Part shown: positions 1 through 13,855 of the stretch, piece after piece | Numbering within the stretch: the stretch's first letter is position 1 | How the letters are laid out: every line of letters starts with the position of its first letter | NCBI RefSeq assembly: GCF_033153115.1 | Contig: NW_026889774.1 | Location: forward strand, 10,850,001-10,914,000 | DNA: 64,000 nucleotides | Source: Saccostrea echinata | Lineage: Eukaryota | Direction: 5' to 3' | Translations under genes and position numbers: made by a program | Notes under the pieces: generated by a model | The model's database searches: none | The model's input: only the letters and a program-made list of their open reading frames with translations | What the model was told of the DNA's origin: nothing

Positions 1-500
1 GCTCCCGACCTTTCGCTTGGCGAAATTTACATTCAGGTAGAATGATCAAGAAATCAACTCAACTAACTTTCAAAGAGTTATCACAGAGAAAACAAATAGA
101 AATGGAAATATAACAATTTATCAATGAAATATGTGGAGTTAAATTCGTTAAAACAAATTACTAAAAGGTACTACAGCGGCCCTAATACACTTCCATACAA
201 TTAACATCTTTGTGGTAAGAATGTGTAAGTATGAGGTTAAAGCAAATCAAAACAGCGCTTTCTTTTTCAAAGCTTATTTATCACATGTACTATCATTATT
301 TTCGACCCCAGCCTCTGTCCTCTTGACGAAAAAAACTGAACTATCTTTCAGCACTCTAAACTTTGCCCACAACATCACTGACATTGAACTGACGAGTTCA
401 TCTAGGAGGCAATATGGGATAAAAGCCAAATGGTAACTGATTCACAAACGCAATGAGAAATGGAAGTACATTTTACGGATACGGAATGTTCTTGTGAGTC

Positions 501-770
501 GCCTACGTGGCGCAGTGATTAGACCGTGCGTTTGCTGTAGAGTCGCGGAGTAAGGAGTTGATCCTTGTGTCGCGGGTGCGAATCCAACTGCGATACGTGG
601 AGACCGGTCTTTTGAATGAGGCAGTATAAACTGAGATCCCGTGTCGCAGTAGGCGCTGGCAGGAAAAAGATCCCTCAATGCTCAAAGGCCCTAAGTGCCG
701 AGTACAGGTCTAACTTTGCAACAAGTGGTGGCGTCTCAATATGAGTGAAACAAACAAAAAACAAACAAAT
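501..770 (+). mobile_element. tRNA-derived SINE, probably Deu/Nin-domain type, near full length
   Basis: A-box-like GTGGCGCAGTG at ~507 and B-box-like GGTGCGAATCC at ~575. The central TGAATGAGGCAGTATAAACTGAGATCCCGTGTC...AAAGATCCC resembles the Deu/Nin domain as I recall it. It ends in an (AAAC)n tail, and a second copy lies at 1040-1196. Confidence 0.75.
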
Positions 771-1039
771 CTCATTCACTCGTCATCTCGTTGTTTACTG
801 ATAACGTCACTGAAAAGGGGAGATACTCTAAATTTAACCGCAAATAATGCCAAATTGGTAGGGAGATTGTGAATTAAACGCGAAAATAGAGCTCGCATTT
901 TTCTTTAAATCTAGTTGACATAACGTTTTTTCGCCATGTTGCCTTCCAAAGTTTGCAACTCGGCCGCCCTAAGAAATATTGAAAGCAGCCACGTGACGTC
1001 TGTTTTCCAACGACAGAGCGTCATTTTAGTCGGAGGCAA

Positions 1040-1196
1040 AACAAATCGAAGTCCCGTGTCGCAGTAGGTGCTGGCGCGAAAAAGATCCTTCAATGCTCAA
1101 AGGTCCAAGGTACCGAGTACAGGCCTCCACCGGCAAGTGGTGGCATATCAATATGAGTGAAAAATTCTCGAAGGAACGTTAAACAAACAAACAAAC
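1040..1196 (+). mobile_element. 5'-truncated copy of the same SINE
   Basis: TCCCGTGTCGCAGTAGGTGCTGGC..AAAAAGATCC.TCAATGCTCAAAGG..CCGAGTACAGG..CAAGTGGTGGC..CAATATGAGTGAAA matches 637-750. (AAAC)n tail. Confidence 0.75.
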
Positions 1197-1289
1197 TTTG
1201 TTGAGAGGGATATGAAAAGTTGAAATATGATGAGCTGACGTACATTTATAACTTAATCTGAATAATCCAGAGGACTTACGTATTGTTCA

Positions 1290-1497
1290 ATTTCTAGAGG
1301 TCAATGTTCATGGGGAACTTTTCAAAATATTTGACTAGTTCGTGGTAATATAATATAATTTGGCGGATGGCTCCTGTATAAAACAATATACGAAAATAAT
1401 TGATGAAGTTTCGAGGGGGATATATATTAGTTGGTAAGGGTGACCCACGAAATCCACGAACATTGATACCCCACAAACAAAGATGATTCCACCGTAT
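1290..1497. mobile_element. Degenerate MITE remnant
   Basis: Internal inverted motifs (CAATGTTC/GAACATTG, TTCGTGG/CCACGAA) and a TIR-like right end ATGATTCCACCGTA. The left TIR is not clear. Confidence 0.4.
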
Positions 1498-4400
1498 CTT
1501 TTGGGGAATTTTTTTTCGCCCACTTTGAGTTTTCACTTGAAATATTTAGTCTACAGTGTAGTTTCATGTGTTAATGACTTTCTTATAGGGTTTTTAACTT
1601 ATTACTTTTTATATTGTTAGTTTTATTGGAACTGGGTGCTTAGGACATAGCGTACCCAGAGAAAAAAAATTATAGTTAAAATATTTTAAATATTTCAATT
1701 TTACAGTGGCACGTATTTTTTTTTAATTCGTGGCCACGAAATAAATTATTTTGCTCTGACATTTTTACATTTATATACATTTTATAGGGATCATTTTTCA
1801 AACATTAAAGTTTGCAATTTATGAAATTCAAAACTATCTATCACAATTGTTTTTGATTCATTAAATTATATACTCGTTAGGTTATAAATTAATAAATAGT
1901 TTGAAATATTATTGATGTATAGTTTTTGCCGCGGTGATTCATATACATTTATTATGATAGATACATCTTGAAATACTGTAACTTTGATGCATATGATATA
2001 TTGATATGATGTTAAATTCAACAATATGTTTTAGGTAGCAAAGTTCTAGTATTTGAAACGTGTATTGATGATTTATATTTGTTTACAAAACTGATTTGTT
2101 CACAGTGGTTATAAAGCTATTAATGATGTCTAATATGATTTTATTCACTAGATTTTTTTTATCAGATTAGTATATATTTATATCAACCAAAAACTTTTTT
2201 TTTGCTTGGGTAGAATACTAAGAGTTCTAAATGTTAATATGAAAAACGCATTGTGCGTATAATGCATCAAGGAAAACATTTTTATTGTTGCAATTTCTTT
2301 ATGACTTTTTGACTGACGTAAATTAAAACGCACGAAGTTTGAAAGACAGTGCTGAACATTTCATAGCACACACAATGTCTACTAAGAAAAATTGATGGCC
2401 ACAAATTAGTAAAAAAAAATCTCGTACCATATCCTATATACCAACCACCGTACAATTTATATATTTTTGATGCATTTTATTTCGTCTTATATCGGCTACA
2501 AAAATCCTTTTTTTCGGTTGTGCTACAAAAATTCTTTTTTTTTTTTAGGGTTGTATTTGCAGAAAAACACCCTAGCTAACTTTCATCTTACAGAAAGGAA
2601 TCATTATTGTTGATAAAAATTTTAAAAACAATCATTGAATTGGTATCTTCGTGATATTTACCAATCAAGTTCTTGAAATAACAATGAGAATTTGAACTGT
2701 CAGATGATGACACAGTTACCCAAATGGAGAGTTTCTGTCTTATTTTGAAAGGTCACTAAAATCGTAATCCACGTATGTTCTCGTTGAATTCAAGGTAACG
2801 CATGTTAATAATATTTTCACTTAATTTATTTCATGTTTTACTGGAAGTAAGTAATGAGAATAGTGTAAATTTCAGTAGATTCTTGTGTTAATTACGTTAT
2901 ATTCGACATGGCTTGTCTGATGTCACTAAACATCTGTGTGAAATATACATTGTGTACAAGGAAGAGGTTGCCCTCACGATTTTAGCACATCAAGTCGTCA
3001 TTTTTTTCACTTTGACCACTGAATCGTTAGTAAGATCGCCATGACCTGGTAAAAAGTGGAAGTCGTCTTGGCTATTTGTTCACTGGCCGTGACCCTTCAA
3101 AGTCAGTGGTAGAACATAAGACATTTTTCATTATTCAACAAGATGAAAACCCTTGGAACGTCGTGATAAATAATAATTAGGGGTTTAAACCGAGGGATAT
3201 GGCTCACATTGGTAGTTTTTTTTAAGGGGGGGGGGGGGTGCTCTTCTATTGCAGTTTATATTATTTGCATTTAACTTGCAAGTAACTTATTAAAATCATA
3301 TACCACGACACCCCCCCCCAAAAAAAAAAATAAGAATGACAATAATACCTCACTTTATCTTAATGTAAATGCTAATAATATAGCTACTAACTTTAGTTAG
3401 ACTGAGTAACTAACCCACCCCACCCCCTGGAATTCTGGATATTTGTAAAGGTAAAAAGGACTTTCAAATTTTAACGATGTTACGTAGTTATTTTTACAGA
3501 CTAACATGTTTTGTTATTCAGGGATCCTTTTACGTTTGAATGTGTGTGGTCATTTGACGATAAAATTCCGTTAAATATCTTAGAATGCGTAGTAAAGACC
3601 ATGTTAAAACATTGTTAACAACAATGTACTACAGTAGCTACATATAACCTTTGGCAATAAAATACGCATCTGTTTTGACATCCCCGGAATTCATTCAAGT
3701 GGACTTGGTTATAAAAATATCAAATTGTAGTCGGGACCCTGGTTCATTAGGATAACTTATTAATTAATTGCAGTCAAATGACAGCACAGTATAGCTGTCT
3801 CCGGGTTAAGTAAGTAAGGAAATAAAAAGAACATTAGACTTCCAGGAGTCTACTTTTTTCCTCCTTACAGCGTTTTTCAATAAAAGAAAGTAGCAATACT
3901 AAAAGTATGCACAAAATATTCCACAGTTACACACTTAATTTAACAGAAAGATATTTTTCATGTACATGTGTATTTAGAAGTCGTGGAGTAATGATAGGGG
4001 TGGGTGGGGGTAAGTTGTCTATCGAATTTCTTGGAGTCTTTTTACAGAAGCTTGTGACCCCGTCAATTGAAAAAAGTAACTTTTTATCTAATTTATTTAG
4101 AAAGATTCAAATATAAGTATCTCAAATAATTCATTGGCTTCATGTTTTTAAAAGGAATCCTAAATTTACGATGTAAATCAACAGAGTCATTGGAAGACCT
4201 TCGATGCCAATAGTTAAATTAAGGCCCTACGACTTATTTATTTGAAAAAATCCCTTTTACACCTGAAAAAAAATCATTAAAGATTGGCATGCATAAATAA
4301 TATATGCGTGTAAACTATCACTGATGTAATAAAATAGATAAATAATAGCTAATCAATTGGCACTTGTTTGTGACCACGTTCTGAACTTGCATATCAAGTA

Positions 4401-4906
4401 CATGTACTTGTTATAATATCACTAAAGCATATTTATCGAATATATCATGTATTGAATGATTCAGGATAGTCTTTAAGTATACAGTCATATTGTAAACTTT
4501 AATTTTATCGATTGTTAGAAAATCAAAATCCACAATGCAACAACTTCCAACCTTTGTTGATACCTTCCAAAATAATTTTTAAAAATGACAAAAGGAAAAA
4601 AAAACTGTGTGCTTAGTTTTCCTTTCATAGATTTTTCACCTATTTACATTTTGAAACAGAATCTTTTTTATTCTGCAACTTACACATATATGTGAAATCA
4701 CAAATAAAAGAAAAATCATATCTTCTATATAAATAAATAGTATTACTTATGCTAATTTACATCTTTATGTTTATACTAATTTCCAACTTATAAAAAAAGG
4801 TGTTTTTATTTAATTTGATAATGAATAACACTCTGGTTCTTTCCTGAACATTAAATAAATAAAACACTTTTTCAGTTGAAAATTAATATTATCTAGAGTG
4901 ATCATA

Positions 4907-5054
4907 AGTAATCATGATTATACGATGGAAACGTAATCAGATGTAATCCATTACTTTAAAAAATGGCTGTAATCATTTTGTAATCGATAAATTTTAAGAT
5001 CCAAAGTAATTGTAATTTAAACGATTACATTTGAAAGTAATTGACTCCATCCCT
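4907..5054. mobile_element. Remnant of a hAT-like MITE with GTAATC/GATTAC subterminal repeats
   Basis: Clustered GTAAT(C)/GATTAC motifs ending in GTAATTGACTCCATCCCTG. Only one end is recognisable. Confidence 0.4.
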
Positions 5055-7520
5055 GCATTATATATACCCCTACAATATTTACTAATGTGCTTATCATGTA
5101 AAATCCAAAAAGGGGGGAATGAATGACTACAATGCACAATTCATTTTATGACTCACTAACACGTTGATTTGCTTTATTACAATAAACAAAAGAATTCATG
5201 AAAAATTCTTTCTTCTTTTTTTTTCTTCTCTAAGAATAAATGACCAAAAACATTTTTTATATAAGCCAATTGTGTATTCAGTAATAAACGGAAATCGTAG
5301 AGATCAGATGACAGTTATATTGGACGTTTATACATGGTTATTTTGATGGTGACATCTGACATGGTATCGTAGCACTGTCATTGCCACCGCGTGCGAAGGG
5401 ACGTGTAGTCGTTCCCAACGAAAAAGTAAGTCCAGCAGCGGTTGACAATCCGGAAATTTCAAAATTTCTGTTATAGGTTTTATTTTCGCCGTAAACGCAC
5501 TGCATGCTGGAACATTAAATGAACATATTTCGACGAAAATGAGGAATATCACAAAAGGACTTTTATTATTATTTTTTGGTGAGTTTTTATTTTTCATTTT
5601 AAATAATTTTTTTTCATTTGCGTTACCTTTATTTGCTGAAATCATGATTTATTTTCAGATAGGTAAATCGAAAATCTTTGATTTCTTACATTAGATACAG
5701 CTTAGAAGGAAATCTTATTATTTTGTGTAAATTCAAAACATTTATTAATAATGTCATTTTGATTGTCAACACACATTTCTTTAAATAAGATATTCAATTT
5801 ATCATTCTGTTTTAGCAAAAAAATTATTCGTTTTCATTGTTAACTGTCAGTGAAGTTACATAATTACAAATGAAACAAGTCTAAAAAAAAAAAATAATAA
5901 TAGTAATAACGAAAACTAAAAAGCTTATTCTTAAATGAAAAAAAAATCACTATAGGATATTTATTTTATTCAGAAACATTATGTATACACCAAGAACATT
6001 TTCTACTTATAATTTTGAGAACTTTCATTGTAAGCAATATCAGATTAGTAGGTCTGACATGAAAGGAATCATTTCTAAGAAATATTCTAGAATTTGTTCA
6101 TTTTATCTAAACTTAGAAATGACATAGATAATTCAAGGAAATTAAATTTCAAGAATACTAAAACTAAAGATATTGTTTTTCAAACATGTCGCTGTAAATG
6201 TGAAAGGAAAAATTTTCAAAAATGATTTTTAAATTTTTAAACTATATATGTATCTTGGATGAAAATCCATAACCTACATGTGTGGACTTCTGGAACTAGT
6301 TCATTAACTGAACAAGAGGATTTAATATTCGAGGTTTTAGGTAAAATAAGCTATAATTGCACTTATGATGTGAATATGTACATATATAATACATATTTGT
6401 AATTCTGTTTTCTAGTAAAAATAGCAAGTTCGTATGTCGATGTTTTTGTTTGTACCTTTTAATTGTATTTGTTTTTGCCGAAAGTTATGTAACCTCTTTT
6501 ATCTTATGATACACATTAACACTAATTAATTATTCTTACATGGTATATTTTCTGCATTATCTATTAATGGTGTGCAGAGCGGGCGGACATCTAATTTATT
6601 GTCTCTCATTTATGGGGTTTTGACCATAAAAGTAAGGTGTTAATTGTCAGGAAATGGTAAATAGATAAGTCAACGTGTCATCAAATAATTTCCCGTAGAA
6701 GGGAATTCGTTTTCAAATCGTTTACATTTTTTAAACGTTGTTTATAAATCAAGTATGTGATATATCTTTCTTAATCGAATTTTTACGACTTTTGTCCAAA
6801 TGTCAAGATAGGTTCTATTTTTAGACTCTGATTAATGGAAAACTTGTGCAGGTAAAACGTACGTGTGTCGTTTATTAATTTTTAATACGAGTTGAAAGGG
6901 ATTACAGGTCAATAATAATGATCTACTTCCGTTTTAAAATATAATGGTACGGAATACTACGGACCTTTTCATTTCAAATGACGATTTACTTATATTAAAA
7001 TAAGCTTTAAATTTTGTGATTCACTTCAGCATTTTCTTTAAATTAGACTCAAAGATAACAAACATTAATAGGTTTGGGTTTTTTTAGAGTAAAAATTTCA
7101 TCATACCAATTTTGAGAAAAACAATCAAAATTTTAAAATATTTATAGATGATAAAAAGATAATACTCTTTATATTAAATCTAGGAATGTTGGGGTCAAAA
7201 AATACTCTCTATTGCCTCAATAACAAATACATGTGACTTATACAATTAATTCTTAATACTTAATTCTTAACCCACTGCATATACTTTACCACCCACCCCC
7301 CTCCCCCTTTATCACACCCACCCCAAATAGAGATTCTCGTCTGATGACAATTTTAAACTCTGATTTTCGGATGATTTTAAAGTGTGTATCCTGAAAGGCT
7401 GTTTTAACTTAGTATTTGTTTCATGATTATCCGTTTCCTTGCGGAACTTGAGAAAATTGCTCATTGTTGAGTTTCATTGAATACTCTGCTTTGTCATTTT
7501 CACGTCTGCTCCCTTACAAG

Positions 7521-9298
7521 GTGTGACGGTACATGTATGTTTCGTACATATCGCCAGCTACAATACTGGCGACAATATGCTCCTACCCTCACTGAACATA
7601 TATTGTCGTCCATGGACGCATATTGTCGCCGGATGAAAAAAAACATACATGTAAATATTGTCGCTGGCGACATTATGTGCCTACCCTCACTGCACATATT
7701 GTTGCCGCACAGTTGGGTTTCTTAGGATTTTTGTTGTAGTTTTGGGTATGTTATTGGTGTGTAAATCATGCCCGCAGATATGACTTTTAGAATATTTCAT
7801 GAAGCGCAGTTGTGACGTTTTATATTTTCGTCCTGTACATTATGTCGCCGGCGACAACGTACATACCCTCACTGCACATATTTTCATCCGTCGGTACATA
7901 TTGTCGCAGGCTGAACATTTAAACATGTACATATTGTCGCTGGCGTCAGTAAACTTTTCACATTTTCGACTTCTTCCCAAGAACTGCTCGGTCAATTTCA
8001 ACCAAACTTGCCATAAAGTATCCTTCGAGAAAGGGAACTCAAATTTGTTCAAATGAAGGGCCATGCCCTCTCTCATTCTCAAGGGGAGATAATTAAGAAA
8101 ATTTACTGACATCTTTTATAAGTCTTTTTCTCAAGAATCACTTTGCCGGAAAAGTTGAAACTTAAGTAAAAGCTTCATTATAAAGTGTAGATTCAATTTT
8201 GTTCAAATCATGACCCCCGGGGTAGGTTAGGACTACAATAGTTGAAGTTTTACATAAGAATATTTAGGAAAAAATCTTTCAAAATCTTCTTCTCAAGAAC
8301 CATTGGGCCAGAAGAGTTGATACTTAAGTGAAACCTTCATTACATAGTGTACATTTAAATTTGTTCAAATCATGACCCCTATCGGTAGGGTGGGGCCACA
8401 ATGGACGATCAAAGTTTTACATTGGAATACATGTACATACGAGAAATCTTTTAAAAAAAATTTCTCGAGAACAGCAAGCCCATGATTAGTCATATTTATA
8501 TGGAAGTATCCTCAGGTAGTGTAGATTCAAGTTAGTTCAAACCATTACCTCCTGGGCTAGGTTGGGGCTACAATGGGAGATCAAAGTTTTACATAAAAAA
8601 ATATAGGAAATTCTTTAAAAATCTCAAGAACATTAAAGCAATGATTAGTCATATTTATATGGAAACATTGTCCGGTATTGTCACGCGACATGTACTGATG
8701 GACGACAATATGAGTATTTAGGGTAGGTACAGTACGTATTGTCGCCGGCGACAATATGAACAGGACAACAATATGTCATAATCGTCATAATCGTGCTGCA
8801 TGAAATAGCCTACGAGACACATCAGTGTGATTTACACACCAATTACATTCACAAAACTACAAAAATATCTTTAAGCAACAATATCTGTGGGGCGACAATA
8901 CTGTATAGTGAGGATAGGCACATAATGTTGCCAGCAACAATATGTGTAACTTTTCAGCCGGCGACAATATGACGATATGTGCAGTGACGGTAGGTACATA
9001 TTGTCGACAATTTTACGACAATCAAACGACAATAATTATGTAAACCGTCACAAGACCCCAGTAAGTATTCCTCACAACAATGTATTGGCGACAAAATTTG
9101 CAAATGTTCATAGTATATATTGTTGCCGACGACAATATATGCCGATGTGTGACTGTACATTTGTCGTCCATTCTGCAGGAGGAAAAAAGGCTCGTCTCGG
9201 TACATATTGTCGTCGGTGACAATATGTACCGATGGACGGAAGTATGTGCAGTGAGAGTAGGTACATATCGTCGCTGACGACAATATGTACCGTCACAC
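7521..9298. mobile_element. Foldback/MITE-like non-autonomous DNA element with palindromic ACATATTGTCGCCGGCGACAATATGT motifs, interrupted by a HINE fragment
   Basis: TIRs GTGTGACGGTACAT (7521) and ATGTACCGTCACAC (9285-9298). ATTGTCG/CGACAAT and TACCCTCACTGCACATA motifs are mirrored in both arms. No clear TSD. Confidence 0.65.
7948..8670 (+). mobile_element. Truncated HINE (Helentron-associated) fragment with ~3 Cg170-type satellite monomers
   Basis: GTAAACTTTTCACATTTTCGACTTCTTC... followed by GTAGTGTAGATTCAA..TTGTTCAAATCATGACCCC monomers, homologous to 28668-29200. Both termini are missing. Confidence 0.85.
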
Positions 9299-10249
9299 AC
9301 CTGCTCTTATGACGTCGTCACCAAACAACTATTGTGATTAGCAGGTACCATGATAAGTAATTTAAAGGGAAAATGGTTTGAACTATGATGATAGAAGCTG
9401 TTGTAAAGATACTTTATCTGTCGTTATTGAAAATTTCTAGTATGAAGCCAAACTTAGCAAAGGTAAAATATTAAGGAAGAAAAAAACATATGGATAACAT
9501 GAGGTAATAAATCTTGTGATTTTCGACCCGTTTTCATCTTAAAATAAATCAAAAACTTTTTGTGACAAGGTCTAGACGTTGAAATAGAGAATTCCATTAA
9601 AAACAAAGCTGGTAAAACGTTAATTCTATTATTTCATTATCCCTTGACATAAATTGCTGAATGAACAAGATACAAACACACGATTAGCAATTAAGAAGGA
9701 GGACAAAACATGTCGAACATAGCATCCCTGAGTTATAAGATAGCTGTCTGACCCCATTCCATATGAACACTACATTCACGAGACAAAAAAAAACAAGTGG
9801 CTTTTCTTTTACCTCTGCCCAGGTTTGGCTAATATGTAACAAAAGGCAATACTCAGTAAGCTGAATTATTACACTTTGCGTTGAGATCAACGCAAATTTA
9901 ATAAGATTATCCATATTGATTTTTGGTCGTCTGTTCAACAATCCAATCTGTCTGTCGGCAAAATGAATTTTGATAAACCTCTTTGTACATTGAGGAAATC
10001 AAAACGGAACTTGGTAAAAAAAAATTGAATGTTAGAACCAGGGAATGGAAATAAGAATAAGTGAAAACTATTATTCTGGCATATTTGCCTTTATTTGCAA
10101 TTCAGTATCAGTAAGGGGATTAGTATATCATTTAATAATTGTGTCAATTTAAATCAAATAAACAAAACAAAAAAAAAACCCCAAATTTTACTTTTTTAAT
10201 GATAGGATACGTAAGTGCAAATGGGTGATAAAAAGGCAATATTCAACAT

Positions 10250-11165
10250 CAAAAGTGGCATGGTTACGACAGTTTCATATTGTTTTCCTTATGAACGTCA
10301 AAAGTGACATGGTACCCCCCGTTTTATTGTTTTCCTTATGAACATCAAAAGTGACATGGTACCCAAACTTTCTTATTGTTTCCCTAATGAACAACTAAAG
10401 TGACATGGTACCCACATTTTCTTATTGTTTTCCTAATGAACAACTAAAGTGACATGGTACCCAAACTTTCTTATTGTTTCCCTAATGAACAACTAAAGTG
10501 ACATGGTACCCACATTTTCTTATTGTTTTCCTAATGAACAACTAAAGTGACATGGTACCCACAGTTTCTTATTGTTTTCCTAATGAACAACTAAAGTGAC
10601 ATGGTACCCACACTTTCTTATTGTTTCCCTAATGAACAACTAAAGTGACATGGTACCCACACTTTCTTATTGTTTCCCTAATGAACAACCAAAGTGACAT
10701 GGTACCCACACTTTCTTATTGTTTTCCTAATGAACAAATAAAGTGACATGGTACCCACACTTTCTTATTGTTTCCCTAATGAACAACTAAAGTGACATGG
10801 TACCCACACTTTCTTATTGTTTCCCTAATGAACAACTAAAGTGACATGGTACCCACACTTTCTTATTGTTTCCCTTATGAACATCTAAAGTGACATGGTA
10901 CCCACATTTTCTTATTGTTTCCCTAATGAACAACTAAAGTGACATGGTACCCACAGTTTCTTATTGTTTCCCTTATGAACATCTAAAGTGACATGGTACC
11001 CACATTTTCTTATTGTTTCCCTAATGAACAACTAAAGTGACATGGTACCCACAGTTTCTTATTGTTTTCCTTATGAACATCTAAAGTGACATGGTACCCA
11101 CAGTTTCTTATTGTTTCCCTAATGAACAACTAAAGTGGCATGGTACCCACAGTTTCTTATTGCTT
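10250..11165. repeat. 49-bp minisatellite, ~18-19 copies
   Basis: Unit AAAGTGACATGGTACCCACA(C/G/T)TTTCTTATTGTTTCCCTAATGAACAACT, with consecutive starts at 10446 and 10495. Confidence 0.97.
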
Positions 11166-11184
11166 TTCCTCTGATTTTTTGTAG

Positions 11185-13855
11185 ATGTCCTGTTTGTTGT
11201 CCTTGAGGCACAGACGGCTCATGGTAAGTCAGACATATCTTGGGAATCGGTAACAATTTATTTTTGTGTTTTGTGTAGACAGCTTTTAATACGTTCTCAC
11301 CCGAGTCTTATGTAGCTTATGTATATAGCAATATACTTGGATCCGATCCCATTGTACCTCAACACTCAGCAACATATGACGTCATTTTAAAATTCTTTTA
11401 TAAACTATAAATTATTATTTTTAATGGAAGTTTTTTAGTGGCCAAATCGTTTTAGTGGACAAATTAGTTAAATATTTTTTTTAAAAAGAAGTAATTAGAG
11501 GTATAAAATCACCGTGGTGATCCTTGACGTCAGAGAACGCTGAGATTTGAGCTATCATGATTTTTAAATTCCATATCTGCATTTCGGTGGAGGATAAATA
11601 TTCAGTTATTCCAAAGTATTAAATTACGTATTTTGATCCTATTATTTTTATTTACTGAGTGTAAATAATGCTCTTGTGCTTACTTTGCGGAATACGATTG
11701 CAGTTTGGCAGAACAATCTGACGTCACGTGATTTCTGGCATGCACTAACAATATTCCCTAATATGTAATGTAGAACGTAAAATAACTGCATGTATTAGTA
11801 GTGTTACCCCAACCCCTCGAAATTTATACAGAAATGCAGGTAATTAGGTGACTCTGTGATTCAGTTGACAATTGAATGACAGAGTTATCTAAAAATTTTA
11901 GATTCAACATCTGTGAAATAATTTCAATTTTTAGTCGAATCTGGCATGTTTTGAACCAGTATTAAGTAAGGAATACTAAAACTAATTGCGATGCCTAACT
12001 GAGTTGTAAGACTATGCTAAAGGGTTTGATTCGATATTTATCTCTTGAGATCGGACCAAGTGTTTCTAATCAAAAATGGATAAAGAAAATCTAACAAAAT
12101 AACCTACTAAAACAAAATGCTGACCTTAAAAACAAGTAGAATACTCAAGGTTACAATTAATGTAGCACGAGGTATATCAACACTTTCTGCATTCAAAATC
12201 ACGTGACGTGTATCAGAACTCAACAGCCAATCAGTGTCTGCCTTTCTGCAAACGTACTCGGCAGGAATTAAACTTTTACCTTTGCGGTTCAAAGGTCCCT
12301 ATATGGCAGCACAATTTGGCGGAGGGTTCAACCAGCCTGTATACAACCAACCATACAATCAACAAGGTTACAACCAGCCATATAATCAACCATATAATCA
12401 ACAATATAATCAACCATATAACCAACCATATAACCAACAGTACAACAACCCAGGGGGATACACTGCACCACCAGTACCTACAACTGTTGCTACCACTAGT
12501 ACTACACCAGGTACAACGGTAGAGACGGAATTCGAACCCGAGGAAACCACTATTCCGGCAATCACGACCACCACAACGACGACGACAGCCAAACCAACAC
12601 CAGCACCACCAAAACCGCGAAACAAAAGACCGCCACAGAATCGAGGTCGATTTTCGCAGAGACAAGAGCACCAACCAGAGCCAAGGCGGAACAACTGGAT
12701 GGGGCCGTCAAGGAGATATCCGAATATGGGGCCACCACCAAGGCGACCTAATCAGAATTTTCGAAATCAGAAGCAACCACCTCGAAATTACATTCCCCCA
12801 AGTTTTCAGAGACCGCTTAAAGGGCAACAGAATTTCAATAAACCCCCTTCAAAACAACCTATTAGAGGTCAGCTTAAACTTATAATAAGGGATTGATAAT
12901 AAATAACCATAACAAATAAAACGAATACACAGTACAATGCTTTTAAATTTTTAGACGATGTACAGACAGGGTATTATACACAGTCACATTTTTAAAAAGT
13001 TTTTCAGTGGAAAAGCAGGATTTAGCATGTTGAAAACAAAAGTTTATAAGCTTAGCTCACATAAAAATGTGTTAATCCCGTCTTCTGCATCCCATAGGTC
13101 AACAGTTCAGGAATAACGCTCCGCCAATGAAAAACCAGCCTGTGACATTTAACCAGCCTCCATATGGTGGTCCAGCATACAACTTCCAACAACAGACAAG
13201 AGTAAATACAAACCAGTATCCACCACCACAAGCCAGACCGCCGATGCAGGCTCCCATGCAACAGCAACCGAACAGACAGCCACTACCACCACAACAGGCA
13301 ATGCAACAAAGGCAACCGTTCCAACAGCAACCGAGAATCACAAAAACTGCTAGCATTAACCAGAAACCCCCTGTATCACTTAACATACCACCCATAGGAA
13401 CACCTGCACCCAAGACAGTGGGAGAATCATGTCCTACATATCGCTACACTGTAGATAATAACTTTGTCGAGTTCCACACAATACCCGGAAGCTGTAAAAT
13501 GTGAGTAAAAACACATGTCGAGTGAAAGGAAATTGACACTGTTTTGAATTCATCCTTGTATATACCATAGCTGGGTTTCTTCATATTGAATTTTGATTTT
13601 GGGGTACTTTTGAGATGCAATATTGTAGTTTTACTGGTCTCTATTGATAAAATTGATAAAATTGGTTGTAAAAAGGTGTGGGGGCAGCATATTTTGTTTA
13701 CAATGCCGAATACAATAAATCTGTCCTTAGTGCTAACTTGTTTCTTCTTTTTCAGACAAGTGATGTATCCACCAGGCGGTAATGGGTTCGTATTAAGATT
13801 TCTTCTTCTTAAATGCCTTTCATATTATAAACACAACTCAGAGGGGAGGTTATAA
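11185..13855 (+). CDS. Probably secreted low-complexity protein (YNQP repeats, Thr-rich, Pro/Gln/Asn/Arg-rich, short Cys-containing C-terminus). Shell/extracellular matrix-like; 5' partial.
   Basis: Phase-consistent exons: 11185-11223 (..VLFVVLEAQTAH, likely the end of a signal peptide), 12295-12867, 13098-13500 and 13756-(13855 stop, or an earlier donor). The exon carrying the start codon was not located. The donor at 12868 (GTCAGC) is weak. Confidence 0.7.

Noticed and set aside
501-595. Functional tRNA gene (also 46423-46512)
   Set aside because: A and B boxes are present but there is no proper cloverleaf. The first continues into a SINE body and tail.
7477-9300. Short ORFs in the foldback/HINE elements (also 28629-28865, 49228-49982, 58036-60910)
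   Set aside because: They lie within non-autonomous repeats and have no transposase or Rep/helicase motifs.
2700-10220. First coding exon of the YNQP-rich gene
   Set aside because: Several donor-like sites exist (~2794, ~3810, ~5426, ~6632, ~10211), but none gave a convincing phase-1 signal-peptide exon.
10250-11165. CRISPR-like array (also considered for 54215-55545)
   Set aside because: These are head-to-tail repeats without unique spacers, in a eukaryotic context with no cas genes.
12276-13413. Minus-strand ORFs (132, 94, 71 and 104 aa)
   Set aside because: These are antisense shadows of the low-complexity plus-strand exons.
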